64,000 nucleotides of DNA from Chrysomallon squamiferum (GCA_012295275.1 CM022679.1:17112001-17176000), one strand, 5' to 3'. Shown: positions 42,399 to 53,900, counted from the stretch's first letter. The notes: generated by a model from the letters alone, not told the origin. Numbers and translations are program-made.

Positions 42399-42520
42399 TT
42401 TAACATCTGTTCTTGGAGGTTGAGGGTCATAATGTCCAGGACCTGGTGCTGCTACAACTTGGTCAGTAATGTTCAGAAAGGTTTCCCTACTTGACATAGA
42501 CATAAACGGAGCATAGCCAT
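42399..42520 (-). CDS. STPG2: STPG2-like, coding exon 2: (D)GYAPFMSMSSRETFLNITDQVVAAPGPGHYDPQPPRTDVK
   Basis: ttttcag acceptor, AAA|gtgagt donor, 122 nt, phase 1 to 0. APF.S...RE and PGPGHY motifs. Confidence 0.95.
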
Positions 42521-42760
42521 CTGAAAACAGTTTCAAAAAGTTTATATTATTTAGTTCATGTTTTCTGATTTGTCAGTTTTGTTATTTATTATTATTTATT
42601 TTAATAAAATGTAATAGGTATATTATTTATGAATACAATAATTTAAAACAAAAAATATTTATTTAAAATTATCTGCTAATCATCATCTGAAGATTTTATA
42701 ATTTGAACTTTAGGTTACCTTCTGGTAGGTTAAGGCATAGGATAAAGTTAAAAAAAAGAT

Positions 42761-42822
42761 TAATAATAATAATAACAACAACAACAACAACAACAATATG
42801 AATAATAATAATAATAATAATA
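42761..42822. repeat. (AAT)n(AAC)n(AAT)n compound microsatellite
   Basis: Directly visible. Explains the poly-I/V/Y/C ORFs. Confidence 0.95.
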
Positions 42823-43126
42823 AAATGGTTTAAAGGTAATGTTGAAAATGGTTGAGAGGAATTTAATAAAACAAACAAAAACAATTATATAAAACGTATA
42901 TATTGTTAAAAGTAAAACAGTATCCTCATACAACACATTTAACAAAGTTAAATGACTATTAAACATAGCACTAAGATTATTTAACACAGTATTATGGAAC
43001 AATAATTTTATTATCTTTTTTTTAAACTGGACTTTCTATTTAATGTGCTATTTGAATGATTTCAGTTAATTTAATAATTTGTTTTCATACGTAAAGAAAA
43101 CTCACCAAATCAGATGTTTTTAAAAC

Positions 43127-43229
43127 TTGGTGTAATTCATCTTAGCCAAAAAAGATATGATAAAGTACCATCCCACATCCATTAAATATAATTTGGATGA
43201 CAATCAGAAATAGACTTGAGGACTCAAGG
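43127..43229. repeat. Dispersed ~103-bp repeat, copy B (paralogue at 34649-34750)
   Basis: ttggtgtaattcatcttagccaaaaaagatatgataaag...gaggactcaagg is shared with copy A. Confidence 0.95.
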
Positions 43230-43825
43230 ACTTACAGGAAGACCTCATTGTTGGGCAATGTCATTAGTAATAAAAGCACTACAAGTTTCACTTTTTTAAA
43301 CTTGGGTACTGAGATTTGGCCAGCTTTGTTTACTTTATCTGTTTAAATGAGAGGACTTCTTGATGACTGCCCATTAATATACTTTACATTATTCATATAT
43401 GAATTATTTTGTTTTATAACTTTTTGAAGAAATATCAACCATAATTATCTAAGGTTAATTTTAATTGTTTAGCTAAAATAATAAATGTGATAATAGTATT
43501 TAAATTATAAAAACATGAAATAATAATTGTACATGTTAATTCCTTTAAAGTTGTGTTATTAAATAAAATATATCTTAAACGTTCATGTATGAATGTATTG
43601 TTGGTATAATATGATGTCCATATAGATTGCATATTCATTTTGACTTTTATTTGAGTTTTGATTCTCACCATTTGTTCCTGTTATTTTCAGATTCTTACAT
43701 TTACTCCTATATTTACTGTCTGGCATTAACAAGATCACTGGACCCAAAGTACTGGAATGTTTGTTATCATTCATGAAACTAATGCTGCTGCAACATATAC
43801 AATATAATAACAAAACAATTCTCAC

Positions 43826-43937
43826 CTGCTTTCAACTTAGACTTGGGTTGTATAAGAGTATCGTAGGTGCCAGGGCCAACATTGCTGGGTGTGCTCCCAA
43901 ATGTCACCACAAGATTTCTTTCTGCTCGGTCATACAT
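43826..43937 (-). CDS. STPG2: STPG2-like, first coding exon: MYDRAERNLVVTFGSTPSNVGPGTYDTLIQPKSKLKA
   Basis: The MYDRA.R N-terminus and GST...VGPG.Y are characteristic of STPG2. GCAG|gtgaga donor, 112 nt, phase 1. A ttttag acceptor lies 9 nt upstream of the ATG (exon starts 43946). Not in the ORF track. Confidence 0.95.
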
Positions 43938-44083
43938 GTTTACACGCTAAAATATGTCAGAAAAACGACACAGAAAATATCTGTAAACTCACATCATATA
44001 ATATTGGTTTTATTTGTGAAATGGGAAATAATCAGATCATTTTTATCAAATGAATTGTCATTCTCTGTTCATTGGCACTTGCA

Positions 44084-44084
<1 letters not shown>

Positions 44085-44125
<41 letters not shown>
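44085..44125. repeat. (CA)n microsatellite
   Basis: Directly visible. Confidence 0.95.
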
Positions 44126-44128
<3 letters not shown>

Positions 44129-44280
44129 TTATTTATTTCTAAAATTAAGAAAATAAATTAAACGGAAATCAGCAATTTTGATGCGTTAGGGTAGATAATC
44201 AAGATATAATCATTAATAATAAATTACAAATTAATCTATATTTGATATTTCAGAAATAAAATGCAACAACAAAAACATAC

Positions 44281-44360
44281 CAACCTTTTCTAAGTTCAAA
44301 GATGTCGTGATTAAGAGAGAAAGAAAAAAGATAAATAAAAACACCGCAGACTTCAATCAT
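44281..44360 (-). other. Putative non-coding first exon (5' UTR) of the STPG2-like gene; 5' boundary unknown
   Basis: The TTG|gtatgt donor at 44280 could pair with the acceptor at 43947. It lies at the edge of the CpG-rich segment. Confidence 0.45.
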
Positions 44361-44720
44361 CTGTTAATCTTCCAAGGCATAATTTACTGGTATCCATGGA
44401 GAAAAATGGCCGATCACGTTCCGAATCATTTTCTGATAATCGCATCGTGTCGCTATATTTAAAATGTGTAAAACAATCTTAAAAAATTGTTTGTATACAT
44501 ATATGACATCCTGTCGTTGCAATACTTTATCATTTCCCAAATATTCGAAAAATTGCGTTTTACGACAATGAAAATAAAAATAAACATTAGTCGTCGGTAA
44601 AGCAAGGAGGTAAGACCGATGTTGCGCTGGCGGTAATAAAAGCAGTAGGTGCATCTACTATATTGTGATATAAATAATCGCAAATATTAACCATTATGTT
44701 GTTGAAATATTCTTGTTACG
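44290..44720. promoter_or_regulatory. Bidirectional CpG-retaining promoter region of the STPG2-like and SDR42E-like genes
   Basis: About 19 CpGs counted in ~430 bp versus about 3 in the first 1 kb of the window. Lies between divergent ATGs 1.6 kb apart. Contains X-box-like GTATCCATGGAGAA (44390-44403) and YY1-like AAAATGGCCG (44402-44411). Confidence 0.8.
44520..44609 (+). other. Putative non-coding first exon of the SDR42E-like gene; 5' boundary unknown
   Basis: Strong GAG|gtaaga donor at 44610 inside the CpG-rich segment. An acceptor tttcag lies at 45509, just before the ATG exon. Confidence 0.45.
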
Positions 44721-45521
44721 TGTCAGGGGTCTTTTAATATTCAAATGTTTAAAATAAATAGTTTTGTTAATTTTGTTTTTTAATTTTTATATTTACTTGT
44801 TCGCTTGTTTGTATTCTGGAAGTGGAAGTTGGAGTTTTGGTATATGTTCATAATGTCGTTTGTTGCAGAGCCACAAGACATAAATATAACAGACAAGCCA
44901 GGCTGTATACAAACGTTGTTTGAGAACATTACATCATTTTTAGCATATTTGAAATGTTCGCTTACATTTTTTTTTTTTTAAATTTTCAGCCTTTGAACAT
45001 TACCGTAGAATTATAGAATAGATTTAGTTACATATACAAGAAAGATTTCAGTTTAGTTTCAGTTTTTCAAAAATAATTGATAAAGTGTATGCATAAATAT
45101 TGTTATCATCTGTTATCAAAGGATACAAATAAAATATTGACAAGATTGTAATTTAAAATAAAAAGGTTTTGCTTTTCCTTTATTTTGTATCTTTATCAGA
45201 ATTGGATATTGATATTACAAAGTTTACTCTGATAGAGAGAAGAGTACATACACATACAGACACAATACTGGAGCAGTGTGATATACACGAATTATTGTTT
45301 CCAACATTTTATGTTAAAATAAGCAATAAGAATATAAAAATATTTTGCTAAAATGTTGTACAGTTTTCTTAATTCTTTTTCAAGCCTATTTTATTTCTGG
45401 CAGGTGAGAACATATGATAATCACTTTATAGCTTGTTAGTTTGTAGCTACAATGACATAATATTAAAATACAAACTATACATATATTTTATTTTATTCTT
45501 TAATTTCAGTAATCAGTTTTA

Positions 45522-45692
45522 ATGAAGAGAGGCAGTACAAATGTTTCAAAGGGTTTACATCTTGTGATAGGTGGTGGTGGTTTTGCAGGATTTTTTCTTG
45601 GCAAAAAGCTGTCTCAAATGGGAAACAAAGTCAGATTACTTGACATTGAGGAGCCTGTGTGGATCATTCCGGAGAAGATAGATTTTATTAAG
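45522..45692 (+). CDS. SDR42E1: Extended SDR (SDR42E / 3-beta-HSD-like), first coding exon: MKRGSTNVSKGLHLVIGGGGFAGFFLGKKLSQMGNKVRLLDIEEPVWIIPEKIDFIK
   Basis: Rossmann GxxGxxG motif and acidic residue after beta-2 (LLDI). IPE.I.FI resembles SDR42E1. AAG|gttcct donor, 171 nt, phase 0. SDR42E1 versus SDR42E2 orthology cannot be resolved. Confidence 0.88.
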
Positions 45693-48600
45693 GTTCCTTG
45701 TTACATTAAAACATCATCTTTAAATTATTGTTATTAGTATCATAACTGATTCAACTGTTTAATTCAGTTACTGATATGTTTGAAGAAAACATAGTGTGTG
45801 TACTTACCACATCTTCTTTTCATGACCATCCATGTCAGATGACCTTTGTTATTCCTTGTTTGTTTACTTCAGTTTCTAAATCTGAAATTAATTATTTACA
45901 TACATAGTGTTTAAATGAACATAATTTACTATGTTAGTGATGTAAAGGGTTTAATAAAAGTAAATATCCCATGCTAGATAAATTTTAAACATTTTATTAT
46001 TTTACTTTTACTTTTACTGTATTAAACAGATGTTTTTAGCTTCAGTTTATTTACAAAGGTGAAAGTTAGTTTTAATTATATGTATTAATAAACAAATATG
46101 GATTCATGTTTTCAGGTTCATATAAAAGTAAGTAATTATAAGTAAATATCATTTCTGCATTAATGTATATTTTTACTGAAGGATACAATTTAGATTCTGA
46201 CTGAACAAGATAAAACAATTATTTATTTTTAATCCAGATACAGTCAGTGGACTTTGTATGAACTATATTCCATCTGGAGTTATTGTTCTTGCAGTATCAT
46301 GATTGGGAAAATATCATGATATATAAAATATATTGTAACAGTTTTATCATAGTGCAAGTATTTTGACTAACTGGTCAGACATTAATGTCATGGCATGTTA
46401 CTCAACATTAAATTGTATAAAAAAATAAGTAAATATATTTAGTTTTCTTAACATATCAAATTCATATGTAAACTAAATGTTTTTAAGTATGAACCAATAA
46501 ATATTCAGTTAATCTACAATTGTAATTCATTGCTTAATAAATCTTCAAATGGGAATCACTATTTCCTTGATTTTTACCTGCAAACTGTTTGGTAACTGTT
46601 ATCATTGTTGAAAAACTAAAATTGTTCATTGACACAAACACCAGATTGTCATGTAAATTATGTTTGTGTCTCATCAGAATTTCTATGAAAAACCTATCTC
46701 ACCCCTAAATTTTTTTTTTTATTATTTCATATGTTGTGAAATGTTTTACAGAAATTTAATTCAGACACAAGTTAGTTTGAATCACAACACTGATTTGTTC
46801 AAAATGAAAGCTTAAAGCAATATGATTATTTTATGAACAGTCATATTTAAAGATGGATAAAAATAATCATCTAATGTGTTAGCTGCTTTTGGAGCATGTT
46901 ATTTTTATTTTTTTATAACTATTTTGTGTTGTCTAATAAATAACTGATTAAGAGCAAAAAAAGGCTGATATAAAACTGTGGCTTAAAATATGTCAACCTA
47001 GTCCAGCTATAAAGGTATATGTTATTTTTATTTATAACCAGATGGATGCAAAGCATGATTCAAAAATAGTTTTGTTGAAAGTTAATTTGACTAAATTCGA
47101 TGATGTGAAAATAACTGTTTTCTAGATTGTTTCAAAACATTTGTTCTGAATTCTTTTTACCACAAATCAATAAATGTTGTTCTTGATATTTAGACAACAT
47201 AATCAGAAAATAAATAAACAAAGCTGGAGCAGCCAGCCCATGAATTTTAGTCAAAATAGCAACAGATACTTTCACAGGCTCTTTAACCAGATAGGAATGT
47301 TCCTACTTTAACACTTACTGAAATAGTACCAGTAAACAGGATAGTCAATGGAACTACCTCCTGAAACATCCCATATCTCTTAAATAAACATTTCTAACAA
47401 CTGTTTTGATGACAACTTTATGTTCATTGTTAACTTATCAGACATTATATTATTATATAGCTAGGCTTTCTCTGTCAGTTACAGATTTTTGCTAAATGTT
47501 TTAATCATATTTTTATTTAATATTTGATTAATCTGCATTAACATTTTTAAAAAGTAAACAGACAAAACATTATTTTAGTAGCAAGTGTATTTGGACAGTT
47601 TAGTTTACACTGTCATTATATTATTTCTTTATCGCTTTGAAGAAGAAAGAATTAATGAAAACATCTAAAAAAATTATATTATGCAGCAGATAAGAAGAAG
47701 ATGCCAGTATTAAAACATTCAGCTAAAAATGGTTACTTGTGTCTACATTCTGCAGAAAACATTATCATCTCAAATGTTCTGCTACAGCTGTTCTTGTTGT
47801 CCATATAGTCTTAGTGCTAACAGATTGAGATTATGGGAGGCCACATTTTGAATTCTCATTTACCAAGATGGAAGGTTGTTTTTAGTTCACACAAAAAGAG
47901 TGTTAAATAAATATCAAAAAGTGATATAAAATAAATAAATAAAATAAAATGATAAGATTTTTTCATTGCAGAAAGTAATGAGCATTAATATATTTAACAG
48001 TTTTAAAGGCATGAGATGTAAACGTGAATGATATTGTACAAATTTATTTTATATTATATAATCATTAGGCCTTAAAAAAAACTAAATAGTTGCTATTCAT
48101 ATCTAAATTTGAAGTGCATGTAGTTTCTAATATATAGATATATAATCTGATTAGGTTCTTTAATGGAGATAACAATAATATTACCACTCATTTTCTGCAT
48201 TAAATAATGTTCCATTTTGGTTGTTATTTTGTTTTATTTAAAAGAAGTAAATACAAAGTTGCCAGGAATAAATCTTTATCTTTGGCAATCCAAAGAGTAG
48301 ATCATTAATAATTTATTCTTGCAACATCAACAATGAAAAACTAAATTTTTTTTACTGGTCAACAGCCACAAACAGGTTTACTTTCTTGTAAATTATTCAT
48401 AGTTTTACAGAGTAAAAAAAAAAACCCAGATGGGAATGACAGATACTGCAGCCTTGACAATGATTTATTCGCTAATGATATAGATAAAGAAGCAGGGCTG
48501 AGTAAATCAATGGCAAAGTTGCAATATCTATCAGATTATCAGGTGTTTCTTTCTTTCTTTTTTCGGTTTTTGTCATTTTGCTTTGTCTGTTCATTTCTGT

Positions 48601-49206
48601 GTAAGGTGAGATGTTATGAATACATGAGAACCCTCCCCCAAAAACTTATGGTTTCTTGTATTAATGCTGTCAGTCTTTTTTTATTCCTAAATATAAGTTA
48701 TTGAAATAAAAATTATACTATTTCTTGGACGTTTACAGAAAAACCTATTAAAAACTGTTGAAATAAATGTTCACAGATTGTGATTATATGTTGAAAACAC
48801 TTCTCATAAATTCTTTTTCATTATCAAAATGTGATTTGTACACACTTTTCTAGAAGTTTGTTATATAAAATATCATTTTAAACTAAAGTATTTGTCAGTG
48901 TGATAAAAAAAAAAAAAAATCTCTTACAATAACTGCAGTGAACAGCAGATTTTTGATTTAGAAAACAATGAAGAAAAAATGAGTCAAAAAGCATCATTTG
49001 ACATTCAGCTGTTTTGAAGTGTATAAAAGTATCTAACAGGTACAAATCTATGTTTGTATAAAAGATTCTTAGGTGACAAAGAATCTAATCCAGCAACCTG
49101 GTTCTGTCAGATCAATGGGATTTCTCACTAAAGAGCTTTAGTTTGTAAATATTTTTAGTTTTAAATATGATTTATCTTCCAGTGGAAAATGAGAAAGTTC
49201 CAGATT

Positions 49207-49701
49207 ATGGATATTACTGTTACTGAAAATGTTTATTATTTTCTATGTACAAATAGGTTATTGCTGTTATTGAAGTTTTTCATATTTTGTTTGTTTTAGA
49301 GACTAGGTTGTACAAAATTCAAAAAGATGTGAAATTCAAAACTTTTTTTGAGCAGTCAAGATAATTGTATGTTACAGTTTTAAGATGGTTTAGCATAAAA
49401 AAAAGTTTATTGCTTGCTATAAATATTACGTGAATCAACCAGCAGACTATCTGTAAATACTATCTATGCATTATAAAATTATTTTGTGTTTAGACTTAAA
49501 TACATCCTATTTTCTTCTTATAGTCTAAAATCTGAAACATTTCTGGTATCAAACTTTTGGATAAAGGATAAAAGATTTTTATTTCTTTTATTGAAATTAT
49601 TCATATTTTGTATGTACTAATAGCTGGTTGCTGTTATTGACGTTATTTATGTTTTCTATATCTATAGATGGGTTATTATTATTGAAATTACTTATATTTT
49701 G
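49207..49701. repeat. Degenerate ~45-bp tandem repeat (about tattttctatgtacaaataggttattgctgttattgaagtttttca) split by a MITE insertion
   Basis: Similar units at 49207-49290 and 49585-49701. Confidence 0.6.
49304..49570 (+). mobile_element. Decayed pogo/Tigger-family MITE resembling Tigger4a/MER46
   Basis: Collinear motifs: 5' taggttg...aaattcaaaactttttttgagc, internal cagactatctgta and attttgtgtttagactt, and 3' aaatctgaaacatttctggtatcaaacttttggataaaggata. These resemble the Tigger4/MER46 consensus as recalled. Confidence 0.6.
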
Positions 49702-50821
49702 CTGGGGTAATACTTACAAGATTGGAATACTGAGTTTCCATTTTCTGTCAATGCATTAATGACATTTTTGATTTCGTTTTTTCTTTTTTTTAAATTTATT
49801 TACCTATGTTACAAATAAATATGCCAAAGTTAATTAAAAATGAACAGTTTAATACTTAAAGATAAACAGAGGCAACTCCAATATGTTGGTGTTGTTTTCC
49901 TTTATTTTAGCACCATTTATTTGTCTATTTTTCTAATCTCAAAAAGCTTAAGGTAGTAAGCCTTCTTTGAAATAAAATACTTAGTTTGTTAGAAAATACT
50001 AAGAACAAGAAGCTTGAAATTGAAGATAGTATATTTATAGAGCCTATATCTGGGTTACAAATGTACAGCACAACTGTTTATCATGTCAGGAATTTTATTG
50101 TTATATATTTGGAAAACACCATAGATTAACTCTTGTCATTGTTTACTGCTAACACAGTTGTCAGATAATAGGAATCTTTTGTTGTGGATTTGTTTGAGAT
50201 TTTTTTTATCTTTTGTATTGTGGCAGATTAAAAAAATAAAGTTAACAAGAAAACAAACTTTAAAAGTATAAAATGAAAGTTATTGTATAAAGAACTTCTG
50301 ATAAAAAACCAAAAGCCAAAATACCAATCCTTTGATACATTAGTTCAAAAGTTTAAGTGATCTTTTTGCTAGCTCAGCATAAAAGTACTGGTTCTTAAAC
50401 AATAAAATATCTCAAAAAGCAAAATAAAGCAAAATTTTCTGATTTTTATTTTTTTCCCCACATGAAATAGAAAAGTATTTATTCTGCTTAATAACACAAA
50501 GAAAAAGGAATTTGAATAATTCAGTATTTTAACTATCAAAATGTTTTTTTTTTTTTTTTTTTAACCTCTCAGATTAAAAGTAAACTATAGTAGATATTTT
50601 TAGATCATAATATTTTTTTTTATCAAACTTTTGTTCTGTACTCAGCAGAACTGTTTTAAAACAATCTTTATATTCTATTTTAGAAATACTTACATAGGTT
50701 ATTAATTTGTTTATTTAGTAGTTAATCATATTTTTCATTTCTGTGGCTTTATTTCTTAAAATATTGTAGAATAAAATATTTTATTGATTATTAATGTTTT
50801 AAAATGACAATTCATTTGCAG

Positions 50822-50917
50822 GGTGACATTCGGAATTATGAAGATGTTATAAAGGCAATGAAGAATGTTTCTGTGGTCTATCATATGGCATCTTTTGGCA
50901 TGTCTGGCAATGATCAG
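50822..50917 (+). CDS. SDR42E1: SDR42E-like, second coding exon: GDIRNYEDVIKAMKNVSVVYHMASFGMSGNDQ
   Basis: tttgcag acceptor, CAG|gtaagt donor, 96 nt, phase 0. GDIR and H.AS(F/Y)GMSG are SDR42E-family hallmarks. Not in the ORF track. Confidence 0.93.
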
Positions 50918-53900
50918 GTAAGTATTTATTTTTAACTTTAAATATCAAGAGTACTTATAATCAAATTTTTATTATACTGAAAAAAAAATTTAGAAATGCA
51001 AATAAAACAAATATGTAATACAGAAGTACTAAATGTTTAATTGCAACCTGTGCACAAAATAACAGTTTGTTCATATGTCTTTACAAGAAGAACAAACACT
51101 GGCATCATTAACTGTTAAAAATCAGTAAAACTATTTTAGTAATCAGTGTTTTATCTCTGATACAGATATCACTTTTTTGGTATCCGATTCCAGTTTTTAG
51201 AAAGGAAAAGAACAGTTATCTTAAAAGCTGTCAAACAACTTTGTTATTTTGGAGACCATGTTATCTGTCTGACTTCAGAATAGTCACTATCACAAAATGT
51301 AATTTTGAAGAGGCAAATGTTGGCATTCCTCTTTCACTGCATAAGTGCAAATGTCTTTCAAAACTCTGTTTATCTTAGGTGTTTATTTTGTTGGCATCTA
51401 ACAGTGAATAAATTGTTTTGTTTAAAGTATTCTTTTAAAAACATCTAGTCAAAAAGTATGCTTTTTAGATTTTTTTATAGATTTTTTGAAAAAAAAAAAG
51501 CTTTTTGCTGTTGTGGTTACATAGAACAGGAAGACGTAACTAAGGATTTTTTATTTACTGTAAAATGTTTAATTTTGTTCTTAGACACATAAATATTGGT
51601 TAATCTTTCAGATATGTTGGGTTTTTTGATTTTATGATTTAAAGCAGTAGTTTAAATTACTTTCCATTTGTTTGTCATAAATTTTCTCTCCATATTGATT
51701 TTGAAGCTTGGGGGAAAAAATAAAGTGTAATAAAAATAGTTTTTCCCATGATTTTCATGTCAGCTGTTTTAAACATTTCAACTTGACATTTTGCCCAGGA
51801 TGTAAGTACATTAAGAAAAAATGTTCAATTAACTTTGTTACTATTTTCTAATAGTTCTTTTATAGACAGTCTGTTATTTTTAATCTGTTTATAGCTGTGA
51901 ATTTCAGTATGATTAGTATTACCTGAATATTAAGAATCAGATGGAATAAATTATTTTTCATATATATTGTCTAAGTGTGCAGAATATTTGTTAATGCAAG
52001 GGTTACATTTAAGTAAGATTATTGGCATGTATGTTACTTTTCTGGCATCATTGTAAGATGCATTGAAACAAAATGTACTTTTTAATGGATATTGTGATTA
52101 TTGTGATAAAATCCTTTACTTACATATATTACTTAAGATCTTGCATTTGCCTTTCATTAATTATATCCTGGTTTGTAGTTTATTACAAAATATTTCTTTG
52201 TTTTGACTTATCAGTTGCCACCTGTAAAAAAAACCAACAACATATACACACATATATATATTTTGTCTTCAGTTTGAAACTTATATGATACAAGTTAATC
52301 AAATCATCATCATGTTTTATATATTTGTTTTCTAATCTATCCATCAGTCTACCATTAACCAAAAATTCAAATTCAAAATTCAAATATTAAAATTTGATAT
52401 TTTTTATTTTATTTTATATTATTATTATTATGATTATTATTCTGGTTATTTGAAGGTAGTCTTTTTATTTTCTAGTCGTTATATATTTTTCTAAAACTGT
52501 ATTTAAAGTAACTGATGGAAACCAGTGGTCAATGAAAACTCTGTTGTACATTTTAAGCCACTGAAATTAGTATAATGTCTATAGTTTGACTTTAAAATAA
52601 TATTAATTAATTATAATTAAGTTCTGCTATTATCTACATATTCTAGCTTCTTATTATTGTTTTAAAATTGAAAACAAATTAATTTTTCTTTTCATTATAT
52701 TTTTTCTCTATATATAATTTTCTGCAAAAATTAAATATAATTTGAAACCCATCATAGCATTAGAATTTAGAGACAGTATTTATCTAACCATTCAGGCATT
52801 GTGGGAATGGGGTAAAAAAAAATGTTTACAGTTAAATATCATACCTCTTTTTTTTTTGTAATGAACTCTGTTTATTATCACTGGCTACAATACATATTTT
52901 AAAGAAAAACTTTTATATTAAATGAAATGCTTTCAGAATTTTTTGGTGAGTGAAGGAAATACTGCCAAGATCTACTTTCAGATTTCATTCAATGTAATGT
53001 TACTTAGATTCTTTTTTTTTTTTTTCCCACACAAAAAGAAAGGTAGGGTAGGCAAAAGAAAAAAAAAACCATCTGAAGACCAGAAAAACTGGCAAGTTTA
53101 ATGGCTGTGCCTGCTAATTTTTGTGCTGATAGATTTTACTCAGTAAGAAGAAAAAACATTTCGGAGTGCCGAAATACATGTTCTTCTACTGGGTACTAAT
53201 AAACAGTTTTAATCTCTTGCAGTCATTTTATTACTTGTGTAAACAGATTTTTTTCTCTCATCATTTTTAAGAGTACATTGTCCTGAGTTTGATAGTTGTA
53301 TCATTATGAATATTTGGACTTAGCCTTTTGTCATGTTGTCACATATTCTCTTGTTATTTGGGATCATCGGATATATTAAACCTTATTAACACCTGTTTGT
53401 CCTATTTACAGACAATCTAGTCAGCATACATTATATTTCACAATTTAATCAACACCCCAGAAACTAATTGTGTAATTAAATCCTGTTTCTCTAATTACCT
53501 TTTTAATGTTATTTTAAGACAAAAATCATGAGTGTATTCAATTTATTAATTAAAATTTATTGTGTAATCTTTATCTTCTTATTTTAAAGAACAGTGTTTT
53601 TAATAGATTATAACAATAATAGAAGATGTGTTCATCCTGCACAACTCTGTAACATGTTACCTCAAGACATTTGCCATTAGTTTCTTTAACAGACATTTAG
53701 ATAAAATGCCAGAAACTTAAATATTTTATCTTTAGAGTGCCAGGCTCAGGGAGAATGTAATTTACTGTATGTATTTTAGAACATTTACAGAGTAAAAAGA
53801 AAAAATGTTTACTAATTGTTGCATATATTTGTGAATATAAATACAATTTTTAGTATTGCTTGCCGAATTGTTTTTCAGCAACAATAACTGTTTCTGTGTG

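Noticed and set aside
43129-43183. Frame reading HLSQKRYDKVPSH, reminiscent of LINE RT motif DxSKAFDKVPH
   Set aside because: Weak similarity, immediate stop, and no other RT motifs.
43761-44156. 131-aa plus-strand ORF
   Set aside because: Antisense shadow of the first STPG2 coding exon plus a CA repeat.
44364-44683. 96-aa and 74-aa minus-strand ORFs in the promoter
   Set aside because: No recognisable homology; better explained as promoter/UTR sequence.
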